From Neoconidiobolus thromboides FSU 785 (lineage: Eukaryota > Fungi > Entomophthoromycota), in the NCBI GenBank assembly GCA_025603075.1, contig MU626415.1, forward strand, positions 1-46,877: 46,877 bases of DNA, read 5' to 3'. The position numbers were made by a program, and so were the translations under genes. The notes under the pieces were generated by a model. That model searched no databases and was not told the DNA's origin. It was given only the letters and a program-made list of their open reading frames with translations. The number at the start of each line of letters is the position of its first letter. The first letter of the stretch is position 1. Positions 9,865 through 20,829 of the stretch are shown here, one piece after another.

Positions 9865-12800
9865 TCACCAAGGATTGTCAAACACATCTTTAGGAATAAC
9901 AATAGAATTAACTGTTGGCTTACTGTCAAATGTTTCCGAGTTTAACTTAAAGTCCTGATTACTTGACTTATTATTGAATGTCTCCAATCCTAAATTAAAG
10001 TTTTGGTCACTCCCTATTTCCTTCTCTTTATTTGTTTGGTCATCTGTTAAGCCATTCTCAAACTTAAATCCCACTCCTAGATCTACTAAACTATCATCTA
10101 ATTTAATAGGAGTTTCTATAGGAGTTTGTATAGTAGATATGTGATTTATTTTACTTTCCCTTTGTTGCTCCTTACCATTCTTTAACGATGAAAGCAGCTC
10201 TTGAGGCGAAAGTGATTTCTTAGGCTTCAACTCTACATTTCTTTGATTCGAAGAATCAACTTCACTTCCAAACAAGAAGTCATACTTCTTACGTACTTCT
10301 TTACTCTTTAATTTAACCTCTCCTTTATTTTGATTAATATCCCTTTTGCCAGCGTTAATGTCCAAATTTTTAGGCATTATTCCTTTTTTGCCAGCTGGGC
10401 TAGTTTGGGGCTCAGCATTAGCTATTTCTTTGCCTTTGATTGTTGATGACTTTGTTTCTTTAACATTTTCCTTTTTTCCTTTCTCAACTTTGGGCATTAT
10501 ATTCTTTCCTTCGGATTTTACAGATTCCTTAGAAGTATTAGTTTCCTCCTTTTTTTCTTTAGCAGATTTAGGTGATGCTTCACTTTCTTGAGGCTTTACA
10601 AATTCTATCGAAGTTGCTTTATCTTTATTTTCTTGTGGCTTTATAGGCTCTTTGGGCGCCCCGCTATTTTCCTCTTCCTGAGAGTCTATAAGTTTATTTA
10701 TATCCCCTCTATTTTTATCTTCAGTATTAGGCTTATTAGCTTTTTGAGTTTTACTATCAATATTCGAAGATAATTTATCAACTTCGTTATCTTTAACCTC
10801 ATCTCTTACTTCTAAATTACTGTTTTTAACATTTGAATCCTTCGTAATCAGAATAGTTTGTTTATCGATGTGCTTTTTGCTCCCTTTATTTTCCAATACT
10901 TCTTTAAACCCACTCTTTTTACTCTGATTAACACCCATATCTGAAATACCTTTCACTTGACTATCTATTATACTTTCATTTATTTCTTGGTCTTTTTTTG
11001 AACTATTTTTCTCTTTAACACTGAGTTCTTCATCCTTTTTACTTTCAATATTGCCTAGGTTTCCCTTCTCTTTCCCTTTGATCTCATCTACACTTATTGT
11101 TTCTTCCTTTGCTCCTTTACTTTCAATTTGCTCAACATTATCATCCTTGTCAATTAAATTCATTTTATCTTTCTTAGTAAAATCCTCTTCTACAAAAGTC
11201 CAATTTTCTTTAAGTAAATATTCTGGCTGGTTTGATAAATAAATCATTCGGTTTTTAATAAATATGATATTCTTTCTTAAATTTAATACAACTTCATCTA
11301 ATTTAGCTTTATCTTTTTCATTAGCTGTTCTATTAACCTCTTTAATGGCTTTTAAATTACTTTTTAACTGCAAAATCAACAATTGGTCACTTGTAATAAT
11401 TTCCGTCAAAGATTTAGGTTCACTTATCAACTCAGGTTCTAACTCCGTTTGTTTTTTAGCAATAACCTCCTCTGATTTACTACTTGTTAATGTAGTTTCC
11501 TTTTTATTGATTTCTTGATTTGATGTAGCTTTAATATCCTTCTTCTTTGTAATAGTTGGAGATAAATTAACAGGTTGGATGGGGTGAACAGTATTAGGAA
11601 ACATGGGTAACAAAGCCAAATGGATGTTTTTAAATTCATAAATCCTCTTTAATACTTTGTAGCCATTAGCACTATCAATGTTATTAGACAACACTTTTGC
11701 CAACTCAATAATGATCTTAATATCTTTAACCTTAGGGAATCGCATCAATTTATGCAATGTAATAGAATAATCTTGATCAATCACTTTTGAACTATAAAAT
11801 TACTATATTACTTACAAACAATATAAATTACCTTCATCATGAATATAGAATAACATAACTGCAGCTACAAAAGTAACATAGGATAAATCCAATTTATCAT
11901 CTATTATTTTTGAATATTCGAAGATAGAATCCCATAGTAGCAAGGTCTCATCGAAAGTAAATTCTCTCGAGAATAGCAAACGAAACCAACGTAAACCAAA
12001 TAATTGAGGTTCAATTTCTAGCTTCTCAAAGTGTTGGTATAAGACTGGGTTAGTTTCTTTTAGTATATCATAATATGCTCGATAACATGTTTTTAATATT
12101 GGGTTATTTGTTACTGGTGGGTAATTTAGTAGCTTGATGCGCTCATTCTATTAGCTTAAGTTTATACTTTTATTAGTATAATTATCATATAGATTTACCT
12201 TGTTTATTCCATCCTTTTGGTTATTCTATATATTTATTATTTATCAAAAATTAATCTAAATTATCTTACTTTTTTTTGGTTTAATAAATTTCTTGCTTTA
12301 TGTGCTCTAGCTAGCCTATTAGCTTCATCTGGCTCAGGTAGTTCATAAAACGAAGCTGCACCACTCATTAATTTTATAAATAAAAAATAAGATTGGGATG
12401 GTAGATAAGAAGAATCCAACAACTTCAAGTCACTAAAAATCTAATGAATAACTAGAAAAGTTAAATAAATCAAACCTACTCTTTATCGTTAGTCGAATGA
12501 TTTGTATGAATAGAATCCATAGAAACCACATATAAAATAGGAGCTAATAGCTCATGCATCCCTTGACGATATGACAGCTTTGACTTTTGTTTACAGTATA
12601 AAAATAAGATCTCTGTCATAATCTCGTGTATTTTATCTTCTCTAAAAAAGTCTTTTTCTGGGAACGTGCGACTTACATCTAATAAGATCAATTTTCTTAA
12701 CTCCTGATCATTGAAATATTGAGTCCACGGATTCTATTAATTAATTAAGTTATTACTAAACCATTTTACAAAATAAAGCAAAACTACATCTTTCTCTGGT

Positions 12801-13134
12801 GCTAATGGGTTGTAACTTTTGGTTTTACCAGAATATTTGGCCTGTGGTATAACTATAAGTTCCCTTTTTAAACGCTCATATTCCAAATATTGTTTCTCAT
12901 AAATATCCATCCATTTACTAACTTCTTTTGGTAAAATATCTAGGTTGAGCTAACTATTAAAAAATTTATATTTAAACTGGACTTATTTACCTTCCACTTA
13001 ATTGACCTTAATACTTCTTCCTCATTATGCACTCTTCCTTCTGCATACTTTTTAGTATTATCCCACTTGTCTCTGTTGAATTAAGGTTAATCGCTTTATT
13101 TGATGTAAATTTATTTCTTTTACTTTAATTCCAT
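9865..13134 (-). CDS. TBC1D5: TBC-domain Rab GTPase-activating protein, TBC1D5-like, with a long charged low-complexity C-terminal tail; multi-exon
   Basis: Spliced translation from the ATG at 13134: LRSIKWK, NPW.QYFNDQELRKLILLDVSRTFPE, YRQGMHELLAPI (Arg and Gln fingers), LYQHFEKLEIEPQLFGLRWFRLLFSREF. GT-AG introns were traced, including a 27-nt exon at 12199..12225. Confidence 0.85.
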
Positions 13135-13554
13135 TTTTAAATAATTGAAAGTGGCTTTTGTGTTTTAACTTTTATAAATTTTAGTTCCAAGATATTTACA
13201 TCAATTCTAATTTGATGACTTAGTTTTTTGCATTAATAATTTCCTTTTATATTTTTGATTTCTACAAACAGATAGTTTGCCTTTGAGGACATCTTTTAAC
13301 AATTTTCCTAACAAATCGTCCAATTATAATATCACATAAAAATGGACAAAAAATTAAACTAAAAAGGCATCTTCTTATACCCCTTGCATTCAATTCTATT
13401 AACTCAAGTACCAATTCCTTTATCTATAACATTTTCCAAACTATTTTAAAAAAATCATGTTATCTAATATAGCCAATAGAATTATGTATACTCATAAATT
13501 TAAACTATAATCATTTTACATGTCAATTATATAAGATTTATTTTAATCTTTTAA

Positions 13555-16538
13555 ATGACCCACCAAAGTTTGAGTTCAACTTTGAAAATAAATACAGGTG
13601 ACAACACCTCAAAAGAGATTAATGTATTCCTGTTCGAAGACTTATTTAAAGAAAGAGAAGAAGCGGCACCTCAATCACCAACAATAATGAACAAGAAGAA
13701 GAGTTTACCTCAATATGTGCCATTCAACATAACTATGCTAAGAAAAAAGCATTTTATTAGTGAAGTGAATAAAAATGCTAATTTAAATACAAGACAAAAA
13801 TTTGAATCTCCAGCAGTACCAAAAACCTTTATTAGAAAGATAAAACCAAGTGATTTTGATCCTTATTTATCTAGGATCACTTCTTCTTTTAATCAACATC
13901 AACATAGTGCCTCATTTAACCTTCCAGTGCTCCCAGAGGTCGAGAATGCGGCTGAAATTGCAGTAAGTTATCAGGAAAATGATTTACCGGACTTATCTCA
14001 GCTTTCAGAAACCTTTTTTGATACCGAATTTTCTTTAGAAAACGCACGAACATTCAATCTATTATGCTCAATGGCAAGGGATGAAGAGGTAGTTGAAAGT
14101 GAGTTAAATTTGGTGACAAGCACCAAATTACAGGATAAATTATCATTGAACCTAGATAAGGTGGAGGCCCATCTAGTGCATGAGATCAGTAAGAGATCGG
14201 ATGGGTTCTTTTCAGCTTTAAATAAATTGAAAGGTTTGGAATTAGAAACAGAAGAAGCCATTGAAGGTTTCCAAAGGCTTCGTAGCGCTCTTGATGATAT
14301 TAAACAACAACAGGCTAAAGACTCAATAAAAGTTTTACAGCTTCGACAAAGGAAAGAGAATTTATTTAAGTTGGATCAATGCTTTGCCTTATTGAATAAA
14401 ATTTATGCTACCCAACCGGCAATCAAAGCGCTTTTGGATGAAAAGGATTCGTTGGGCGCACTTAAATTAATTTTAGGAATAGAAGATGAGTTGGGCTTTA
14501 AAGGGGGAAAGTCATCCCCAGTTTCATGGCAGAAATATATAGAAGATAATGAAACGTCACCGAAGTTAAAAAACGTGTTGTTTAAAGAATTAAATCCTTC
14601 TAAAGGAGAACAAGGTAAAAAGGAAGAGTTTGGCTTGGCACAATTGAAATGTTTAAAGAATTTTTGGAGTTTTCTGGATATTTCTAAAGCCCAGGCTATT
14701 GTTCAAATGGAAGAGTACTTTGCCACATTGATACTTAATTTTTGTAAAAGGACAGGGAATCAAACATTTAATTTTAAGAAAGAACTAGATCACCTTTTAG
14801 GTGGTGATGAAGGCGAGGAAGAATTGAATTTGGTTAAAGGACAGTTGAATCAAGCCGAGTTAGAACAGCTGAAAGCTTCTTTAAAACCTTTGCTTAGAGG
14901 CCTTAAGATTTCTAACCATTTGCCAGCTGCTATTGCCAGCACTTCAACGAAGCTTATTGAGCTCTTACAACAGCAGATCTTTGACGAGATAATTGGATTT
15001 TTCCAAAACAACAACATTACTGCATTTAAAAACATACCGTTTGATACATCGGATTGGGAGTAAGTTATTATTTATTTATCGTATGCTAATATTTTATAAA
15101 AATAAAACACTAATATTAATTCATTAGGGAAAGTAGCTTTGGTCAAGAGTTGATTAAGATTGATTATGATGATTATTTTAAAATTTTGATATTAAGCTTT
15201 TCAATTTTTATTCAGCAAATTAAGCAAATTAAAAAGTTGGAAAGTATCATTGAGGACCAGGTGGATAGCTTTAAAAAAGAGCTTATAAAAGAAAAGGAAC
15301 TTGAAGATTTTAAGTTATTTAAACAGGAATGGATTAAAGAAATGCAAAGTTTAAGCTTTCAAGTAAGTGAAAAGATACAGTTAATTAGCAATCAGTTGAT
15401 CAGCCTTAGAATCAAAGCAAATGAATATATCCATCCAAATTTATTTTATAAAGTGTACTTTTTAAGTTGGAGATTAATTACCCATATGGAAACAATCACT
15501 GGGAAAACAAATTCTTTATTAAGGACTTCGATTTTTACGAGCGCTAAACTATTTTTAAATATTTATCATCAAGAAAATTTAAAGGCTATAACAAATAGTA
15601 TTGAAAAAGATAATTGGAAACCAGTACCTATTGATATAAACAATCAAAGATCCGTAGATTTAATACAATTTTCGCTTCATAATGAATTCAATCACCCTAA
15701 TCTTAATTACGACACCTCTTTTTTAAACGAGGAACAAAATGTTACTAAAAACAAGTCTCAACATACAACCGATAAAATAATGATTGCGGCTATTGATTAT
15801 TATGCTACTGAAAGTGGTTTGTGCCTTTTATCTTACCTTCAAGACTACCTTAAAGCCAGTATTAATATGCCAGCAATTTCTCAAGAATTGGTAAATCGCA
15901 TTGTATCCATTCTAGATCATTATAATCGTGGTACTTATCGAGCTGTTTTAGGTGCAGGAGCTACTAAAACAGCAGGTATGGCTAAAATTTCGGCAAAACA
16001 TATATGCTTAGCTTCACAAACTTTAGGTTTGTTTGTCGGACTACTACCCTCCCTAAGAAGATCACTCGAGTTATCTTTAGGTCCCCAAAGAGCCTTATTA
16101 GTCATGCAGTTGGATCGTATAGCTAGTGATATGGCCGAACATCAAAACCAATTACATAGCAAGCTGGTAGCTATTTTATCGGATAATGCGAATAACTATT
16201 TACAACAAATGGAAAAGATAACATTTGATCAATGTCCAGCTGATGAAGGACAGGTCAATCCATATATGAGGAAATTGGTTCAAGATGTACAAGCACTACA
16301 TAAAATTATGATCAAGTTTTTGTTGCCGAGGGATATACAAAAAATTATTACGCAGGTGAATTTGGAGTATGCTACATCACTTGAGCAAAAGATCGAAAAG
16401 CTAAAAATTAAAACACCATTAGGGAAGAGGAATTTATTAAGAGATGTTCAGTACTTAATTAAGGGATTGTCGTTGTTGCCTACTCAAATTTCGAATTTAC
16501 ATCATTTAGAAGTAGTGGTCAACGATCTTAAACTCTAA
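13555..16538 (+). CDS. VPS54: GARP complex subunit Vps54
   Basis: LQDKLSLNLDKVEAHLVHEISKRSDGFFSAL and the C-terminal Vps54 motif VLGAGATKTAGMAKISAKHICLASQTL. The two ORFs are joined by an intron at 15060..15128. Confidence 0.9.
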
Positions 16539-17005
16539 TTGTTTTGTTTTGTAATTAATATTAAGTGGACGTATTCATTTTATGATTGAGTTTATGCTAA
16601 TATAAAGAAACCAACATTTTAAATTAATTTTGTTGATTAGAGGCCTTTCATTTTTATTTTTATTTTTATTTTATATACAATTATATCTCCTAGATTTTAT
16701 AAAGATATAAAAAGTTAGCCGAAAAGTAGTAAAGCAAATCCAAAATTAGTACCAAGCTATTTTAAATATACTTTATTGCGTAGACTAAATAAGTGAAAAA
16801 ATATAACATAATAACTTGAACATAATTTGATTAATAATATATTCGAGTGTATTGCTATTTTGTTAAAATTTTAAGCATTTCAAAAAGAATTGAAATGTTA
16901 TCTTATTGGTTTAAACTAAACTTCACCAAGCAATTTTTGATCTTAAAATTCAAAAAAATATTTATTAAACTATCATTTTTTAACACTCATTAGCATCAAC
17001 TCAAC

Positions 17006-17797
17006 ATGGGTAATGACGGAGGTTCCATCCCCAAACGTACTGAATTAGTAAAAACAAAAAAGAAGGCGGTAAAATCTGACAATAGTGAAAAATTGATTTC
17101 AAAATGGCATTTTTGTGCTTTATCTAAGGCTATATTAAGTATGCCTGTAGTTGTATGTGCTTTGGGTAAACTTTATAATAAAGAAGCAATATTAGAACAT
17201 TTAATCAATGGAAGTGCATCCAAATACGGTGACAGTGACAAGATTTGCCCTCATGTAACTTCAATGTCTCATATCAAAGAACTAAATTTAACCGAAAACC
17301 CAACCTTTGATAAAACTAAATCAAGTTCATCACCATTTATTTGTCCATTAAATCAAAAAGTAATGAATGGCAATTTACCTTTCGTTTATATTAGCAAATG
17401 TGGATGTGTATTTTCAAAGGCTGGTATAAAGGACCTAAGAGGTACGGAAATGAAATGTCCGTTGTGTTCAAAGGCTTATGAAGAGGCAGATATAACCGAC
17501 ATTAACCCACCAGAAGAAACGCAAACTGAGTTATTGTTGAAAATAGAAGAAAAGATTAAACAAAAAAAGATGGAAAAACTCAAAAACAAAAAGAAAGGAA
17601 ATAAAAATAACGAAACGGAAATAAAAATTGTGGAAAAAAGAAAAGGTACCGCTACTGAAGAAGCGATTGAGGCAATTAGAAATAAAAAGAAATCAAAGGC
17701 AATCGAATCCATTTTTACTTCTTCTTCTTCTAAGGAACAGGATAGAAAAAATAATAATAACTATTTATGTAGAGGTACTTTTAATAGATATTCCTAG
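17006..17797 (+). CDS. RTF2: Replication termination factor 2 (Rtf2 RING-finger family)
   Basis: Signature N-terminus MGNDGGSIPKRTELVK, WHFCALSK, FICPLN, CGCVFS, CPLC and a Lys-rich C-terminus; intronless. Confidence 0.93.
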   Translation: MGNDGGSIPKRTELVKTKKKAVKSDNSEKLISKWHFCALSKAILSMPVVVCALGKLYNKEAILEHLINGSASKYGDSDKICPHVTSMSHIKELNLTENPTFDKTKSSSSPFICPLNQKVMNGNLPFVYISKCGCVFSKAGIKDLRGTEMKCPLCSKAYEEADITDINPPEETQTELLLKIEEKIKQKKMEKLKNKKKGNKNNETEIKIVEKRKGTATEEAIEAIRNKKKSKAIESIFTSSSSKEQDRKNNNNYLCRGTFNRYS

Positions 17798-18115
17798 TCG
17801 AAATGGATCAATTCAAGCATATGTGTTTAAACGGTTGCTTTTAGTGATTATGTTGTATGTTAAAAAGTAATATTAGTTTTTGATTCTGAAATGATATTAT
17901 AAAGTATTTTTAAAAAGGCAATTGCATTTAATAAAAAATAATCTTAGCGTTAAACAGTATAGTTATTTCTACTTTATATTTGTTTTTATTAATTGGTATA
18001 GGCAATTTATACATATTTTATTGTTATTTTAAGTATAAAGAAGTAAATCGTTATAAAAGTTTAATTTCATCCATAATGATCTAAAATAAGATATCCGGAG
18101 AAGAGCAAAATTGTA

Positions 18116-18214
18116 TAGGGATATTTCTTTTTGTTTAAGAATTTTACTAATAATCTTTCCACTTAAATAGCGCTTAAAAAGTAGAAAAGTAATGAAATCA
18201 AAAAAACATCCCTA
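18116..18214 (+). mobile_element. MITE copy H with variant TIRs TAGGGAT/ATCCCTA
   Basis: The interior matches the family (TTTAAGAATTTTACTAAT...CCACTTAAATAGCGCTTAAAA...GTAATGAA) and the copy is flanked by TA. Confidence 0.85.
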
Positions 18215-19251
18215 TATGCTTTTAGTATAGTCAAATCAATTAAAAAACTAAAGTATTTAAGATACGTTAAATGGGAAGAACAAGAGCCTTTATTAAAATA
18301 GGAGGTACTTTGGATAACATAGCTCAGTTTAAGGAAAATTAGCCTCTTATAGCCTGAGAGCAAAGGCATGGGAGGTAACTTTTTGTGGTAAACCACTACT
18401 TGTGATATGACTAAGAAGAAAATACTAAAAATACATTACTATTAACGAAAGAAAGTAAAAGAAAGACAATCAAATATGATTCTAAAAGTCCAGCTCAAGT
18501 AGTCAAAATATAAATTAAACAAGCTTTCTTTAAACAATGTAGATGTTCGAGAAGTTGAGGTTTTAATTTTATGTTAAAATTAAAGTAATCTTGAAATAAA
18601 GGTCAAATTCTATCGTACAGTATAACATTTGTAGTAATTAATCTATAGCTAATGTAACATTTATTCAAATTATTGAAAAGATCAATTATTCAAATATTAA
18701 AAATAGAAATGTGAAGCGAAAAAATATCCAAAAATGGAAAACTGTAACATTTTGTAGCAAAATGTCTTACTAGTAGTAAGAGTTTAAAGCTTAACAGCTA
18801 TGGAGTAAAACAATACATTAGTAATGGTGACTTAAAGACTCAATAATTAAGGAGCGAAACAAGAAATACTTAATTTTTGAAATCTTTTTGATTTGACTTT
18901 TTTAAAGAGCTAACATTTTGTTACTCCATAACAAAAGAAAGTGAGAACGAGGAGCTAGAACTGAGGATTAAATTTAGAAGACAGTTTGTCTCAAGCTTAT
19001 TAGACAGCCCATTCACTAATAGTGCAATTTAACTAGAGCATCTTCTAGTAGCCTCATTGTATTGGGTCACGATAAATACAGGGATTCACAAGAGCATAAA
19101 TTAAAAATCCAGCCATCAATAGGATCACATTAACTTCATAATAAAAGCCCATATCATAAGTACAACTGGAAGGAACACTTTAAAAGAGTTTTAATTGAAG
19201 AGGAACAAAAGCAACCTCAACAGGAGTACATTCAACCATCTTGTATTTAAC

Positions 19252-19284
19252 TTTATACTTGAATTTATACTTGAATTTATACTT
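19252..19284. repeat. 12-bp tandem repeat (TTTATACTTGAA), about 2.75 units
   Basis: Read directly: TTTATACTTGAA TTTATACTTGAA TTTATACTT. Confidence 0.8.
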
Positions 19285-20829
19285 TCATTCTAACCAAGAC
19301 TAGGCCCAGGCGAAACAACATCAACAGGGCTAGAACTGAACGAAGGAACACTAAATCCACGAAGCACTACCAACCAAGTGGTAAAAAACCAAGAAAACCA
19401 AATTGAGTTTTAATTTTTAGAGCTCTATTCCGCTAAGGCTTTTACACCATGAGCAATTTTTTATTTTTAATTTGTGCGATTGATATTAACTTTTATTGAG
19501 TTATGATATTTGTTGGCTAGGCTTTAAGTTGGAAAAGATTATATTTGATTTTGAGTAATATCAATTTACTATTTTTGGATATAGTACTTTGAGGTGCTTT
19601 TATCAATGAATTATAAGGCAATTTATAAAGTCATCTGACTTTTTGGGCAAGTCCATTTCCTTAAAAGTATAAAATTGTTAGGGCTTAATTTTACAAAAAT
19701 TATCTTCCTTTTAACAAGTATTTGCTGCTGCAATCAATGACTCTCAAATTAATTTTAGCCCAAAAACTCAGATTGTCTTGTAAAATACTTTATATTTTAC
19801 ATCAATTCAACACTTTGAAACTAGTTGAGTAAGTTTGAAAAACTTAAATTAGAAGGGGTCTTAGATTGTTACTCCTGGAGCGATTTTTTAGTAAAACACG
19901 AAAATTCATTTACTTTGTTTAAAAAATCTATACTATTTTACTAAACAATCGAATTTTGAGAGTGACAACCCAAAATCTCTCTCTAGTGTATATCTGTAGG
20001 TATCCTTTGAGCTGGTTCCTTAACTGTTTATGCTTTTCATTTTCACATCGTTCAAGACGCGGTCAAAAATTCATAGGAATAACACTTCATTTCTTGGTGC
20101 CTTGGTTTTCTTGCCAAGATACTCTATCATAGATGATTGGTTCAATTTACTGTTGAAACTTTTTGGACCCAAGATTTATGCTTTTTAATAAAAATAACTG
20201 TGGCTTAAAATTGAAATGAACTATAAAAAAATTGTTAGCAAGTAGCTAACCAATAATAGTAATTGAGGGGCTAATTAATTTGGTACAAGTGTTATATTTA
20301 AAAGTCTTTGAAAAAGCCAGTGGCAGTGTTTTTATTCATAAATTGTTAATCATTTTGTGTAAATTTTGACACTAAAACTAATTTATTGACTGAGAAGTAG
20401 TGTAATTTTAAAAGCTGGAAATTTTTAAAGAATAAATTAATTGATTTAATTAGCTAAAAGTTCTTAAATAGAAAAAATAGAAAAAATAGAATACCAAATG
20501 TTATACAATAACAATGAAAAAATAAAAATAAAAAAAAATAAAGTATTTATATCGTCACTATTATATTGAGATAGAAAATCTACTTAAATTTAAAAAGTAT
20601 ATTTTATATTCAATTTACTAATAAATTTTTACAGCTAAGAATAAAAATAATAAGTTATACTTCAAATCAAATCACACTGATTGACCAATTGTGATAACAA
20701 TGATTGGCTGCCAAAGGTCTTAAAGTTTTAACTAGACCGTTAACAACCCAAAACAATTTGTAAAAAAAATAAAATTTAACTTTATTTTTTTATATAAAAC
20801 TTAATATTAAACTTAACTAAAAATAAAAA

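Noticed and set aside
15060-15150. Split of VPS54 into two ORFs as a frameshift or pseudogene
   Set aside because: A canonical gtaagt...cattag intron with a branch site joins them in frame.
19440-20220. Stop-riddled minus-strand pseudogene or ncRNA upstream of KIN1
   Set aside because: About 14 stops in about 200 codons is what AT-rich random sequence gives. No snRNA, snoRNA or RNase P/MRP motif was found; only one 47-codon open stretch in another frame remains unexplained.
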